DNA from: a virus | Taxonomy: Duplodnaviria > Caudoviricetes | IMG/VR virus record: IMGVR_UViG_3300005805_000013 | Span: 1 to 32,763 of that record | Reading direction: 5' to 3' (one strand) | Length of the DNA stretch: 32,763 nucleotides | In this document: positions 1 through 8,000 of the stretch, piece by piece | Position numbering within the stretch: the first letter of the stretch is position 1 | How the letters are laid out: each line of letters starts with the position of its first letter | The notes under the pieces: model-generated | Databases searched by the model: none | Told to the model about the DNA's origin: nothing | Seen by the model: the letters and a program-made list of their open reading frames with translations, nothing else | Made by a program: the position numbers and the translations under genes

Positions 1-2
1 CT

Positions 3-30
3 AAAAAAGCACTCTTTGAGTGCTTTTTTT
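3..30 (+). terminator. Intrinsic (possibly bidirectional) terminator ending the last early operon; same site as 32687-32714
   Basis: AAAAAAGCACTC-TTT-GAGTGCTTTTTTT: perfect hairpin plus U-tract. Confidence 0.85.
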
Positions 31-34
31 GTGG

Positions 35-63
35 TTGACTTTTGGCCGAAATGGTGCTATAAT
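35..63 (+). promoter_or_regulatory. Sigma70-type early promoter
   Basis: TTGACT(35-40)-17 bp-TATAAT(58-63), with an extended -10 TG. Confidence 0.9.
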
Positions 64-96
64 AGCTATATTATTAACAACTAAGAAAGGTACAAG

Positions 97-375
97 ATGC
101 GTTATCAAAATCATATATTCGCACATTACGAGTCAGAATTTACGCCCTTGCTACACACTTATAGTGAGCAAGATCAGCATATCAAAGTCCAGTGCGAGGA
201 CTATATCAAGCACGGTAACCAAAAAGGTCTTAGACAAAGCTGTGACTTCATATGGTTTGACATTGACCGTGACAACGGTTGGGTCATTTGCCAGCTGAAT
301 GAGCTAATCCGTTTCCCAATAGCTGACTATCCTTTGCTTGAGCAAATGGTGATGTTTAACCAGCAAAAAGCATAA
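97..375 (+). CDS. Hypothetical early protein (92 aa)
   Basis: ATG with AGAAAGG RBS directly behind a sigma70 promoter. Confidence 0.8.
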   Translation: MRYQNHIFAHYESEFTPLLHTYSEQDQHIKVQCEDYIKHGNQKGLRQSCDFIWFDIDRDNGWVICQLNELIRFPIADYPLLEQMVMFNQQKA

Positions 376-383
376 AAAAACGG

Positions 384-412
384 TTGACTTTTGGTTTGTT
401 TGATGCTATAAT
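384..412 (+). promoter_or_regulatory. Sigma70-type early promoter
   Basis: TTGACT(384-389)-17 bp-TATAAT(407-412), TGn extension. Confidence 0.9.
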
Positions 413-471
413 ATACACATACACTGAAATAATAGGTGTATAACTTATTAACTATATAGAAAGGCAATATT

Positions 472-600
472 ATGAAACTTTGGAGAAAATACGGTTATAG
501 ACAAATGAGTGGTCGAATCGAGGGTGCTAATCGTGCAGTGCTACCCCCAGCTCAACCCAGCAAACTACTTTTGGCTTTACTTAAGAAAGCTGGCGTATAA
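472..600 (+). CDS. Small basic hypothetical protein (42 aa, MKLWRKYGYRQ...LLKKAGV); not in the ORF track
   Basis: AGAAAGG RBS, ATG at 472, TAA at 598-600 overlapping the next ATG (TAATG coupling). Confidence 0.75.
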   Translation: MKLWRKYGYRQMSGRIEGANRAVLPPAQPSKLLLALLKKAGV

Positions 601-1346
601 TGGGACAGGCTAGACTTAGACAGGCTGAGATCGCAAAACTCAAATCAGTTGACCTGGTAGTAGATCTAGATAAGGTTGATATAGACAATATCACAGACAT
701 CAACACTTTTGTCAAATCAGTAAGTGGCTGTGACGACCGTTTCTTAGAACTAATGAAACAGCTGACTGGTAACGATCCTGAAATAGTTCGGGTAGTAGAG
801 TTTGGTGGCAAGCCCTTACAATGTATAGAAAATGCCCATATGCTTAATAATGTCGTTAGGGGTGAATGCGTCCGAGGATGGCAGATATTGTTAAGTACCA
901 ATAAGAAATATGAGCGATTATCTGAATTGAACCCTAGTGATGACCCCAGTTTGGCTAGAACGCAACGAAGATTTGGCTTCCAGGAAATCAATCAGCATAT
1001 GTTGGTTAGAGATCCCGAGTTTGGGCAGTTATGGGATAGCAGTCCATCTATTAGTGCCGGTATGCCCGATCAGTTTAGGATATTCTGGCAGGATGATAAA
1101 CTGCTGACCAAAGATGCCTTAGACTATGAAATGGTTGATGATGTATATACCTGGGGTATGAACTATTGTTATCTGCCCGTGGCTGGCAGAAGTATGTTAA
1201 GACTTAATAATGCGTCCGACATACAGCATATCCAACCAGGTGAACTATGCCCAATCAGACTAGAGCAACCAAAAGGTAGACAGCGTGATGTTGATGAACA
1301 CATTAGACGAAACGGTGTTGCAATGCTACAGCGTTCGTTTGCATAA
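600..1346 (+). CDS. Hypothetical protein with a possible transglutaminase/papain-like Cys-His-Asp core
   Basis: 248-aa ORF; pattern QCIENA...RGWQI...HMLVRD...GQLWDSSP gives spaced C, H, D. The fold call is inference. Confidence 0.6.
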   Translation: MGQARLRQAEIAKLKSVDLVVDLDKVDIDNITDINTFVKSVSGCDDRFLELMKQLTGNDPEIVRVVEFGGKPLQCIENAHMLNNVVRGECVRGWQILLSTNKKYERLSELNPSDDPSLARTQRRFGFQEINQHMLVRDPEFGQLWDSSPSISAGMPDQFRIFWQDDKLLTKDALDYEMVDDVYTWGMNYCYLPVAGRSMLRLNNASDIQHIQPGELCPIRLEQPKGRQRDVDEHIRRNGVAMLQRSFA

Positions 1347-1351
1347 CCTTT

Positions 1352-1464
1352 GCCTAGAGGCTACCTGGGTGATTTGAATAGTATTGATGGCTTTTGCCTA
1401 TTTCCTAAACAATACTATTCAGATCTATAGTTAAAACTTAGTTGCAAAGGTGTAGCCAGCAACC
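1352..1464 (+). ncRNA. Candidate pseudoknotted RNA motif, copy A
   Basis: P1 1352-57/1365-70; 16-bp stem 1371-86/1410-25; GTTGC-N13-GCAAC 1441-63; loop GGCTAC (1359-64) pairs with GTAGCC (1452-57); covaries with the copy at 32609. Confidence 0.7.
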
Positions 1465-1468
1465 AAAT

Positions 1469-1496
1469 AAAGCACTCATTTATGGGTGCTTTTTTT
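1469..1496 (+). terminator. Intrinsic terminator separating early genes from the packaging module
   Basis: AAAGCACTCA-TTTA-TGGGTGCTTTTTTT; paralogous to the terminator at 3-30. Confidence 0.85.
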
Positions 1497-1500
1497 GTGG

Positions 1501-1508
1501 CATAAATA
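1501..1508 (+). promoter_or_regulatory. Putative T4-like late promoter (CATAAATA) for the terminase genes
   Basis: ATAAATA about 20 nt upstream of the terS start, immediately after a terminator; no -35 element seen. Confidence 0.65.
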
Positions 1509-1527
1509 TCTAACATAGGAAATCTAG

Positions 1528-2016
1528 ATGTTAGACGAACAACAAATACAAGACGACCAAGTCGCACCTCCAGAACAACCCAAACAGTCCGGTGAATATC
1601 CCACTTGGCAATATCCAGAACGCCGTGAGCCACAATGGGGACAAGTAACCAAGGAAGGTTTGGTAGTTGGTAGAGGCCCTAACAAAAAGGTTATCCCACC
1701 AGATGAAGTGTATCATCTAGCCAGCCTAGGCTGTAGTGTAACTGAAATGGCCGATTGGTTTGGCGTAAGTCAATCAACGCTGAAGTATAACTTCGGCGAG
1801 TATATCAAAAAGGGCAAGGAGCATATCAAGAATAGGCTCCGTGATGCCCAAATTAAAACTGCCTTAAGTGGTAATGCGGCTATGCTCATATGGTTGGGTA
1901 AGAATATGCTTGGACAGAGCGATATGCCTGTGAACACTGAAGCCAACGAACCCTTACCGTGGACAGACAATGACATACCCAGAGACGAAGTAGGTGCTGT
2001 CCAGGACACTGACTAA
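1528..2016 (+). CDS. terS: Terminase small subunit
   Basis: HTH-like segment (LGCSVTEMADWFGVSQSTL), motif GNAAMLIWLGKNMLGQSD, directly upstream of and coupled to terL. Confidence 0.85.
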   Translation: MLDEQQIQDDQVAPPEQPKQSGEYPTWQYPERREPQWGQVTKEGLVVGRGPNKKVIPPDEVYHLASLGCSVTEMADWFGVSQSTLKYNFGEYIKKGKEHIKNRLRDAQIKTALSGNAAMLIWLGKNMLGQSDMPVNTEANEPLPWTDNDIPRDEVGAVQDTD

Positions 2017-3254
2017 TGTCCTTGAGCAAGACGCAACAGGCAGTTGCCCAAGATAATCATCGGTTTCGTGTGGTCATAGCGGGAAGGCGTTGGGGGAAGA
2101 CGCACCTTTCCATTCGCGAACTAGCCAAGTTCGCCAGCAAACCCAATCAGAAAGTAATGTATGTTGCCCCAAGTTATCGTATGGCCAAAGGTATCGTTTG
2201 GGACAAGCTCAAGTATAAACTAATCGATCTGCGTTGGGTAAAGAAAGTCAATGAAAGTGATCTTACCATAACACTAATAAACGAAACCAAGATATCAATC
2301 CGTGGTGCTGATAATTTTGACAGCCTGCGGGGACTTGAAAATCATTTCATAGTTATGGATGAGTTTGCTATGATAGATCCCCGTGCTTGGACAGAAGTTC
2401 TCCGTGCCACATTATCAAACACACTTGGACACGCATTGTTTATCAGCACCCCAACCGGTAAGAACAATTGGGCATTTGATATGTTTAACAAGCATATCGA
2501 AGATGATAAGAATTGGAGCAGTCACCAATACACAAGTATCGAAGGTGGGCAAATACCTGCAGAAGAAATAGAACAAGCCCGTAGAGATCTTGATGAGCGT
2601 GTGTTCAGACAAGAGTTCGAAGCCAGCTTTGAGTCATATGATGGTACAGTATGCTGGGCCTGGCGTCGTGAAGAGAACATACGCAACCTAGAGGATCCAG
2701 ACACACGCATACTACACATTGGTATCGACTTCAATGTCAGCCCAATCACCGCCGCCATATTTGTCCGCTATGGTGATGATATGTACCAGATAGATGAAGT
2801 GGTAATGCACAATTCAAACACCTTTGAATTGGTAGAAGAGATACAGAACAGATACCCTACCAGCAAGGTATTCGCTTATCCGGACCCAGCAGGTAATCAG
2901 CGTAAGACATCAGCAGGTGGTAATACAGATATCAAGATACTTTCAAACGCTGGATTCGTAGTCAAAGCACCTAGGGCACATAACTTAGTCAAGGATCGTA
3001 TAAATGCTTTTAACAGTAGATTATGTTCAACTGACGGCCAGCGCCATCTTTTTGTGGCTAGTAATTGTAAGCACACCATAGAGTCAATTGAGAAGTTCAG
3101 CTACAAGCCAGGCACTCAAGTACCGGACAAAGATCAAGGTTGGGATCATATGTTTGATGCCGCTAGTTACGCCATAGACTTCTTGTTCCCAATCACCCGT
3201 GAATATCAACTAGACCCTTATGCACCGCAGGTTTGGCGTCACCAGCTAGCATAA
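2016..3254 (+). CDS. terL: Terminase large subunit
   Basis: Walker A (AGRRWGKT), Walker B (IVMDEFA), coupling motif ISTPTG, RNase H-like nuclease residues (IGIDFN, YPDPAG, DHMFDA). Confidence 0.97.
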   Translation: MSLSKTQQAVAQDNHRFRVVIAGRRWGKTHLSIRELAKFASKPNQKVMYVAPSYRMAKGIVWDKLKYKLIDLRWVKKVNESDLTITLINETKISIRGADNFDSLRGLENHFIVMDEFAMIDPRAWTEVLRATLSNTLGHALFISTPTGKNNWAFDMFNKHIEDDKNWSSHQYTSIEGGQIPAEEIEQARRDLDERVFRQEFEASFESYDGTVCWAWRREENIRNLEDPDTRILHIGIDFNVSPITAAIFVRYGDDMYQIDEVVMHNSNTFELVEEIQNRYPTSKVFAYPDPAGNQRKTSAGGNTDIKILSNAGFVVKAPRAHNLVKDRINAFNSRLCSTDGQRHLFVASNCKHTIESIEKFSYKPGTQVPDKDQGWDHMFDAASYAIDFLFPITREYQLDPYAPQVWRHQLA

Positions 3255-3258
3255 ATGG

Positions 3259-3266
3259 CATAAATA
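3259..3266 (+). promoter_or_regulatory. Putative late promoter (CATAAATA) for the portal gene
   Basis: ATAAATA at 3260-3266 in the 49-nt terL-portal gap. Confidence 0.6.
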
Positions 3267-3303
3267 ATAACTATACTATGGCAGCCAAATTGCAGGAAAC
3301 CTT

Positions 3304-4914
3304 ATGAATAACAATCTCCAAGAACTATACAATCAGGTCACCAGCACCAATATCTTATACACAGATAACCAAAAGCGTTGGTTATTCTATCTAGAAAGCT
3401 ATATGGGTGGTGATGAATATCGTCGTGGTAGCCATCTAAACCGTTACCAATTAGAAAGCGATAGAGAATATGCACAACGACTAGCAGTAACCCCATTAGA
3501 TAATCATTGCCGTAGCGTTATCAATGTATATAATAGTTTCTTGTTCCGTGAAGAGCCCGAGCGTGAGTTTGGTGACTTCAAAGATGATCCCATGCTAGCC
3601 GAGTTTCTAGAAGATGCTGATCTAGAAGGCCGTAGCCTAGACGCTGTGATGAAAGATGTAGCCACTTGGACCGCAGTGTTTGGACATACCTATATCCTGT
3701 TAAGCAAACCCAACATTGGTGCCGCAACCCTAGCAGACGAGATCGCCAATGGTGTCCGTCCTTATGTCAGCGTGCTAACACCTTTGGTAGTTTATGATTG
3801 GCAATACCAAAGAGCACCAAATGGTTATTATGAATTAACCTATTTCAAATATGCAGAAGACGACAATAACAAACACACTACAAAAATTATAGAATACTAT
3901 AAAGATCGTATCGTAACTACAGAATTAAACACAGAAAAGAAAAAAGTCCTACAGCAGATCGAAGAACCCAACCAATTAGGTCAGATACCAATCGTTATCG
4001 CTTACAATCAACGCAGTCCTATCCGCGGTTTGGGCGTTAGTGATATTAGTGATATCGCAGATCAACAGAAAGCTATCTACAATGAGCTCAGCGAGATAGA
4101 AGCAAGTATCAGACTAGACAGCCATCCAACATTAGTAACACCTGAGAATGTCAAGCTAGGCAGTGGTGCTGGTGCTATCTGTTATGTACCAGAAACAATG
4201 GATCCTGGACTTAAACCTTATACCTTACAAAACTCAGGTGCGGATATATCAGCTATCTACGCAAGTATAAATGCCCGTATAGCCAGCATAGACAAGATGG
4301 CTAACACTGGTGCAGTGCGTGCCACGGAAGCTAGAACAATGTCAGGCATAGCTATGCAGACAGAATTCCAATTGCTTAATGCACGCCTTAGTGAAAAAGC
4401 AGACAATCTCGAGATCGCAGAAGAACATATGTGGAAGATTTGGTGTGCTTACCAAGGTTATAGTTGGGACGGTGAGATAGATTATCCAGGTAGCTTCAAC
4501 ATACACGACAGCCAAGGTGAGTTTGCACAATTACAAACAGCGATGTCAGCGGCCACAACACCAGAAGCCAAAGCAGTTATTGATTATCGTGTGCGTGAAT
4601 TACTAGACGACCCAAGATGTGACTACGATCTTGACGAAGAAGGCTATGAATTGGCTGAATATCAGGCTGAAATAGACAAATTAAATGCAATAACTGAACA
4701 AATAGCGGCAAATGAACAGGTGCAGGTAATGGAATCAGTGGCGGATGGTGCTGAAACAGAACAACACGCTACCACAACACCTGAAAACAGACAATCACAC
4801 ATACAAGATATGATAATGGAAGGTTATACAGATGAAGAAATACTACAAATCCATATTGAAATCAATCAAGCGGATATTAGATCGGCTAAAGAAGCACTTC
4901 TAAATCTAGGTTAG
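3304..4914 (+). CDS. Portal protein (SPP1-like) with an acidic C-terminal extension
   Basis: Follows terL; 536 aa; motifs NHCRSVINVYNSFLF, NQLGQIPIV, GVSDISDIADQQKAI, SGIAMQ are typical of SPP1 gp6-like portals. Confidence 0.9.
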   Translation: MNNNLQELYNQVTSTNILYTDNQKRWLFYLESYMGGDEYRRGSHLNRYQLESDREYAQRLAVTPLDNHCRSVINVYNSFLFREEPEREFGDFKDDPMLAEFLEDADLEGRSLDAVMKDVATWTAVFGHTYILLSKPNIGAATLADEIANGVRPYVSVLTPLVVYDWQYQRAPNGYYELTYFKYAEDDNNKHTTKIIEYYKDRIVTTELNTEKKKVLQQIEEPNQLGQIPIVIAYNQRSPIRGLGVSDISDIADQQKAIYNELSEIEASIRLDSHPTLVTPENVKLGSGAGAICYVPETMDPGLKPYTLQNSGADISAIYASINARIASIDKMANTGAVRATEARTMSGIAMQTEFQLLNARLSEKADNLEIAEEHMWKIWCAYQGYSWDGEIDYPGSFNIHDSQGEFAQLQTAMSAATTPEAKAVIDYRVRELLDDPRCDYDLDEEGYELAEYQAEIDKLNAITEQIAANEQVQVMESVADGAETEQHATTTPENRQSHIQDMIMEGYTDEEILQIHIEINQADIRSAKEALLNLG

Positions 4915-4917
4915 CAT

Positions 4918-5172
4918 ATGGCAATTACTCGCGGAGGTGTGGTATTTGCAGGCTATAACAAGCCTAAACGCACTCCTTCGCATCCTACTAAAAGCCACGC
5001 AGTATTGGCCAAGGTTGGTGATAAGGTTAGATTGATACGCTTTGGACAACAAGGTGTCAGAGGCGATCGTAAGAACACAGCTAGGGCTCGTGCTTTCCGT
5101 GCAAGACACGCTAAGAACATAGCCAAAGGTCGTTTAAGTGCGGCATATTGGTCAAACAAGGTAAAATGGTAA
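4918..5172 (+). CDS. Small basic phage protein (84 aa), probably virion-associated
   Basis: YNKPKRTPSHPTKSHAVLAK...IRFGQQG...FRARH...SAAYWS pattern, which I recall from aquatic phage head modules. Confidence 0.75.
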   Translation: MAITRGGVVFAGYNKPKRTPSHPTKSHAVLAKVGDKVRLIRFGQQGVRGDRKNTARARAFRARHAKNIAKGRLSAAYWSNKVKW

Positions 5173-5450
5173 TGAAAAAAGTTAAAACATCTGACAGCAA
5201 GACATTTAATTGGAATCCAAACACACGACAGTTTGCACAAGGTGTCAGCACATTCAATGCTAGAACACGAGCGTTTGAAAGTGCACCAGCTGGTAGTGTG
5301 CAGAGATTTAATCCTTCTGCAAGACAATTCCAATTGGCCAAACCTACAGAAGTAAGACAGTTTAATCCTACAACCAAGCAGTTTGAATTTGGCACAGGAA
5401 CCAGAGTATGGAATCCATACAAGAAGCAATTTGAAACACGCAGGGGCTAG
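5172..5450 (+). CDS. Hypothetical repeat protein (92 aa) with five [FW]N-x-x-x-[RK]-x-F repeats
   Basis: TAATG coupling puts the start at 5172; repeats WNPNTRQF, FNARTRAF, FNPSARQF, FNPTTKQF, WNPYKKQF. Confidence 0.75.
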   Translation: MKKVKTSDSKTFNWNPNTRQFAQGVSTFNARTRAFESAPAGSVQRFNPSARQFQLAKPTEVRQFNPTTKQFEFGTGTRVWNPYKKQFETRRG

Positions 5451-5480
5451 ACAGTGAAACTTAAACCAGGAGGAAAGAAA

Positions 5481-5534
5481 ATGCCAGGAAGAGGAAAAGG
5501 TCGTGGAACAGGCAAGAAACCACCAAAGCGTTAA
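5481..5534 (+). CDS. 17-aa basic micropeptide MPGRGKGRGTGKKPPKR
   Basis: Strong AGGAGG RBS before ATG 5481; TAA at 5532-5534. Confidence 0.6.
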   Translation: MPGRGKGRGTGKKPPKR

Positions 5535-5841
5535 TTGGTTGGAATATTTTACCAGCATCAAAACTCAATGTCCTTGGAGTTTAGCCGCATATCTGAAAGG
5601 TGAGTTAGACATCTGTGATTGGACGGGTGAAGTCAAACCCTTAGGCAAGATGCAGGCAAGGATGTATATCTTAGATGCAGAAGATGATGAAGTCAAGCAG
5701 TTAGCAGAACAATTGGATGAAGGTGCGTGCGAATGGTTATATAGCTTTCCAGGCTACGGTCCGTTCGCTACACCAGTCAAGGTGTTGATACAGCAAGATC
5801 GTGCAACACTAGCAAGATTAAGGAAAAGTATTGGGGATTAA
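5503..5841 (+). CDS. Hypothetical protein (up to 112 aa)
   Basis: ORF filling the gap before the scaffold gene; GTG start uncertain. Confidence 0.7.
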   Translation: MEQARNHQSVNWLEYFTSIKTQCPWSLAAYLKGELDICDWTGEVKPLGKMQARMYILDAEDDEVKQLAEQLDEGACEWLYSFPGYGPFATPVKVLIQQDRATLARLRKSIGD

Positions 5842-5847
5842 AACCTA

Positions 5848-5854
5848 ATAAATA
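5848..5854 (+). promoter_or_regulatory. Putative late promoter (ATAAATA) for scaffold/capsid genes
   Basis: Intergenic ATAAATA about 37 nt upstream of the scaffold ATG. Confidence 0.6.
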
Positions 5855-5890
5855 TAGTATTAAAAACACTCTAAAGGAGGCCAGGTTACA

Positions 5891-6589
5891 ATGACCGAAG
5901 AACAAACATTGGCAGGCACTAACGACGCAACTGACGCTCAAGCCACACAAACAAGTCAGGAAACACAAGCAACTAAAGAAGCAAGAACATATACGCAAGA
6001 AGAATTTGACAGCCATATGGCAGGACTAAAAGCCAGCCTACAGAAGAAACTCTTAAAACCATATGAGGATCTCGGTGATGTCAATGAATTGCGTGAACTA
6101 AAAGCTCAAGCACAGAAGAAAGCTCAAGAAGAGCAATTGAAGCGCGGCGAGTTTGATAAGATTATTGCTGATTTGGCTGCTAAAAAGGATGCTGAAATCC
6201 AAAAAAGAGATCGACTTATTGAAGAATTCAAAGTTGAGCAACCACTATTAAGCGTAGCTGGTGAATACCGTTCTGTAAATCCAGAGCAGGTTAAGAAACT
6301 ATTACGCCCTTATGTAAGACTCAACGGTGATGGTGAAGTGGAAGTTACAGATGATAAAGGAACAGTGCGTTACGGTGATGATGGAAAACCATTAGCCGTA
6401 AAAGATTTAGTGAAAAACTTCCTAGCAGAAAATCCTCACTTTGTGCAGGCAACCCCTGCAACGACGAATTCAAGCCATAGCGTAAAAAGCGAAAGCAGTG
6501 GTAAGATCGATGTTACAAAATTGGATATGAGCAATCCTGAAGATCGTGCAGTCTATAGAGAATATCGCAAGACACACGGTGTAATATAA
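5891..6589 (+). CDS. Capsid scaffolding protein
   Basis: AAGGAGG RBS; RTYTQEEFD motif, coiled coil, charged; directly upstream of the capsid gene. Confidence 0.85.
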   Translation: MTEEQTLAGTNDATDAQATQTSQETQATKEARTYTQEEFDSHMAGLKASLQKKLLKPYEDLGDVNELRELKAQAQKKAQEEQLKRGEFDKIIADLAAKKDAEIQKRDRLIEEFKVEQPLLSVAGEYRSVNPEQVKKLLRPYVRLNGDGEVEVTDDKGTVRYGDDGKPLAVKDLVKNFLAENPHFVQATPATTNSSHSVKSESSGKIDVTKLDMSNPEDRAVYREYRKTHGVI

Positions 6590-6615
6590 TTTAATTTAAT
6601 CTTAAGGAGATTGCA

Positions 6616-7479
6616 ATGGCAACAACATTATCATCATTGAGTGCGTTATTACCCTCAATCGTTCAAGAAGCACTTTTCGTTGCTTCAGAAAGAAGTATTA
6701 TGCGTGGTTTGGTAAAGAACTATACATTACCACCAGGCGCAGGTAAAACCGTAAATGTACCAATCTATGGTTTACAAACAGCAGTATCATTAACTGAAGG
6801 TGTAGCATTAACAGACCACACTGTTTCTGGTTATGCGAATGTAACACCATCATCAAAAACATTGACCGTAGCAGAAGTTGGTATCGCAACACAAATCACA
6901 GACATCTCTCGTATCAGCTCAGCAACAAATGTTGTAGCAGATATTGGTCGTCTATTTGGTGAAGCGATTGCTCGTAAGATCGACACTGACCTAACAGCAC
7001 TATTCAGTGGCTTTTCAACAGGCCTAGGTAATGCTAGCGTAACATTAAGCCCAGGCTTAGTATTTGAAGCAGTTGCTAGACTACGCCAAAACGGTGTTCC
7101 TTCAACAGACATCGCTTGTGTGGTAGCTCCAGCAGTAGCATATGACCTAAAAGCAGCACTAACAAACACATATGCAAATCCAAATGCAGGCGTTATCCAA
7201 AATGAAGCTATGCAAATGGGCTATGTAGGTATGTTAGCAGGTGTTCCAATCTATGAAACAGCAAACCTAGCAGACACAGGCACAACAGGTGACTATGTTG
7301 GTGGTGTGTTCCATAGAGAAGCACTTGGCTTGGCTATGATGCAAGACATCAAGATCGAGTCACAAAGAAATGCTCTATTGCGCGGCGACGATTTAATCGC
7401 CACAGCGATGTATGGTGTAGGTGAACTATATGATGCATACGGTGTGAAAATCACTAGTGACAGTTCAATTCTAAACTAA
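6616..7479 (+). CDS. Major capsid protein (HK97 fold)
   Basis: 287 aa; GKTVNVP, AVSLTEG, GEAIARKIDTDL, VGMLAGVPIYET, TAMYGVGEL motifs; follows the scaffold gene. Confidence 0.92.
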   Translation: MATTLSSLSALLPSIVQEALFVASERSIMRGLVKNYTLPPGAGKTVNVPIYGLQTAVSLTEGVALTDHTVSGYANVTPSSKTLTVAEVGIATQITDISRISSATNVVADIGRLFGEAIARKIDTDLTALFSGFSTGLGNASVTLSPGLVFEAVARLRQNGVPSTDIACVVAPAVAYDLKAALTNTYANPNAGVIQNEAMQMGYVGMLAGVPIYETANLADTGTTGDYVGGVFHREALGLAMMQDIKIESQRNALLRGDDLIATAMYGVGELYDAYGVKITSDSSILN

Positions 7480-7505
7480 TTGAATTATTAACAGAGGACA
7501 CGGAA

Positions 7506-8000
7506 ATGGCTTTTATACTATCAGGAACAACAGTAATTAGTTTCGCAGAATATCAAGATGTGGTTGATATAGATCAACGACTTTTTGATGAGAATGAAGG
7601 CCTAACGGATGATATTATAGAAGATATGCTGATCCGCTCTACGGAAAGGATTCTAGCACAATTGAAGAATACAGAGTGGTATAGAACGCTTGCCCAAGCC
7701 TATGGTGCCAGTGCCTTAACTATGCCATCTCTGTCCGGTTCCAAGATCATTAGTAACAAAAATGATTTTACAGATCTATGTGTATATCACGCACTATTTG
7801 AATACATCTTACCTAGGATAGCAGATTTTGGTAATGAGAATAACGCAGAGAAAGTCAAGATAGATTTCTATCGTCAGAAATACTCTGCGTTGTTTGATGA
7901 ACTTATCCGTTATGCCAATTGGTATGATTATGATGGTAGTGGCACGATCGACACAGAAGAAGTAAAAGATACTTTTGTTAACTATCAGAGGATAAGATAA
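7506..8000 (+). CDS. Head-tail connector/adaptor
   Basis: Position after the capsid gene; helical, with C-terminal YDYDGSGTID. Confidence 0.7.
   Translation: MAFILSGTTVISFAEYQDVVDIDQRLFDENEGLTDDIIEDMLIRSTERILAQLKNTEWYRTLAQAYGASALTMPSLSGSKIISNKNDFTDLCVYHALFEYILPRIADFGNENNAEKVKIDFYRQKYSALFDELIRYANWYDYDGSGTIDTEEVKDTFVNYQRIR

Larger units (their letters stand above)
1..79 (+). repeat. Direct terminal repeat, left copy (probably assembly overlap of a circular or circularly permuted genome)
   Basis: Bases 1-79 are identical to 32685-32763. Confidence 0.95.

Noticed and set aside
1-79. Biological terminal repeat or att site
   Set aside because: An exact 79-nt overlap cutting through a terminator and promoter is best explained as assembler overlap on a circular contig; no integrase is present.
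1352-1464. Calling the two-copy motif a pistol ribozyme
   Set aside because: The topology is reminiscent (P1 loop pseudoknot, A-rich linker, UUGC/GCAA stem), but there is no P3 stem or conserved cleavage-site junction between the pseudoknot strand and the closing stem.
4953-5561. 202-aa minus-strand ORF and other antisense ORFs across the structural module
   Set aside because: They shadow well-supported plus-strand genes and show no recognisable motifs or convincing starts.
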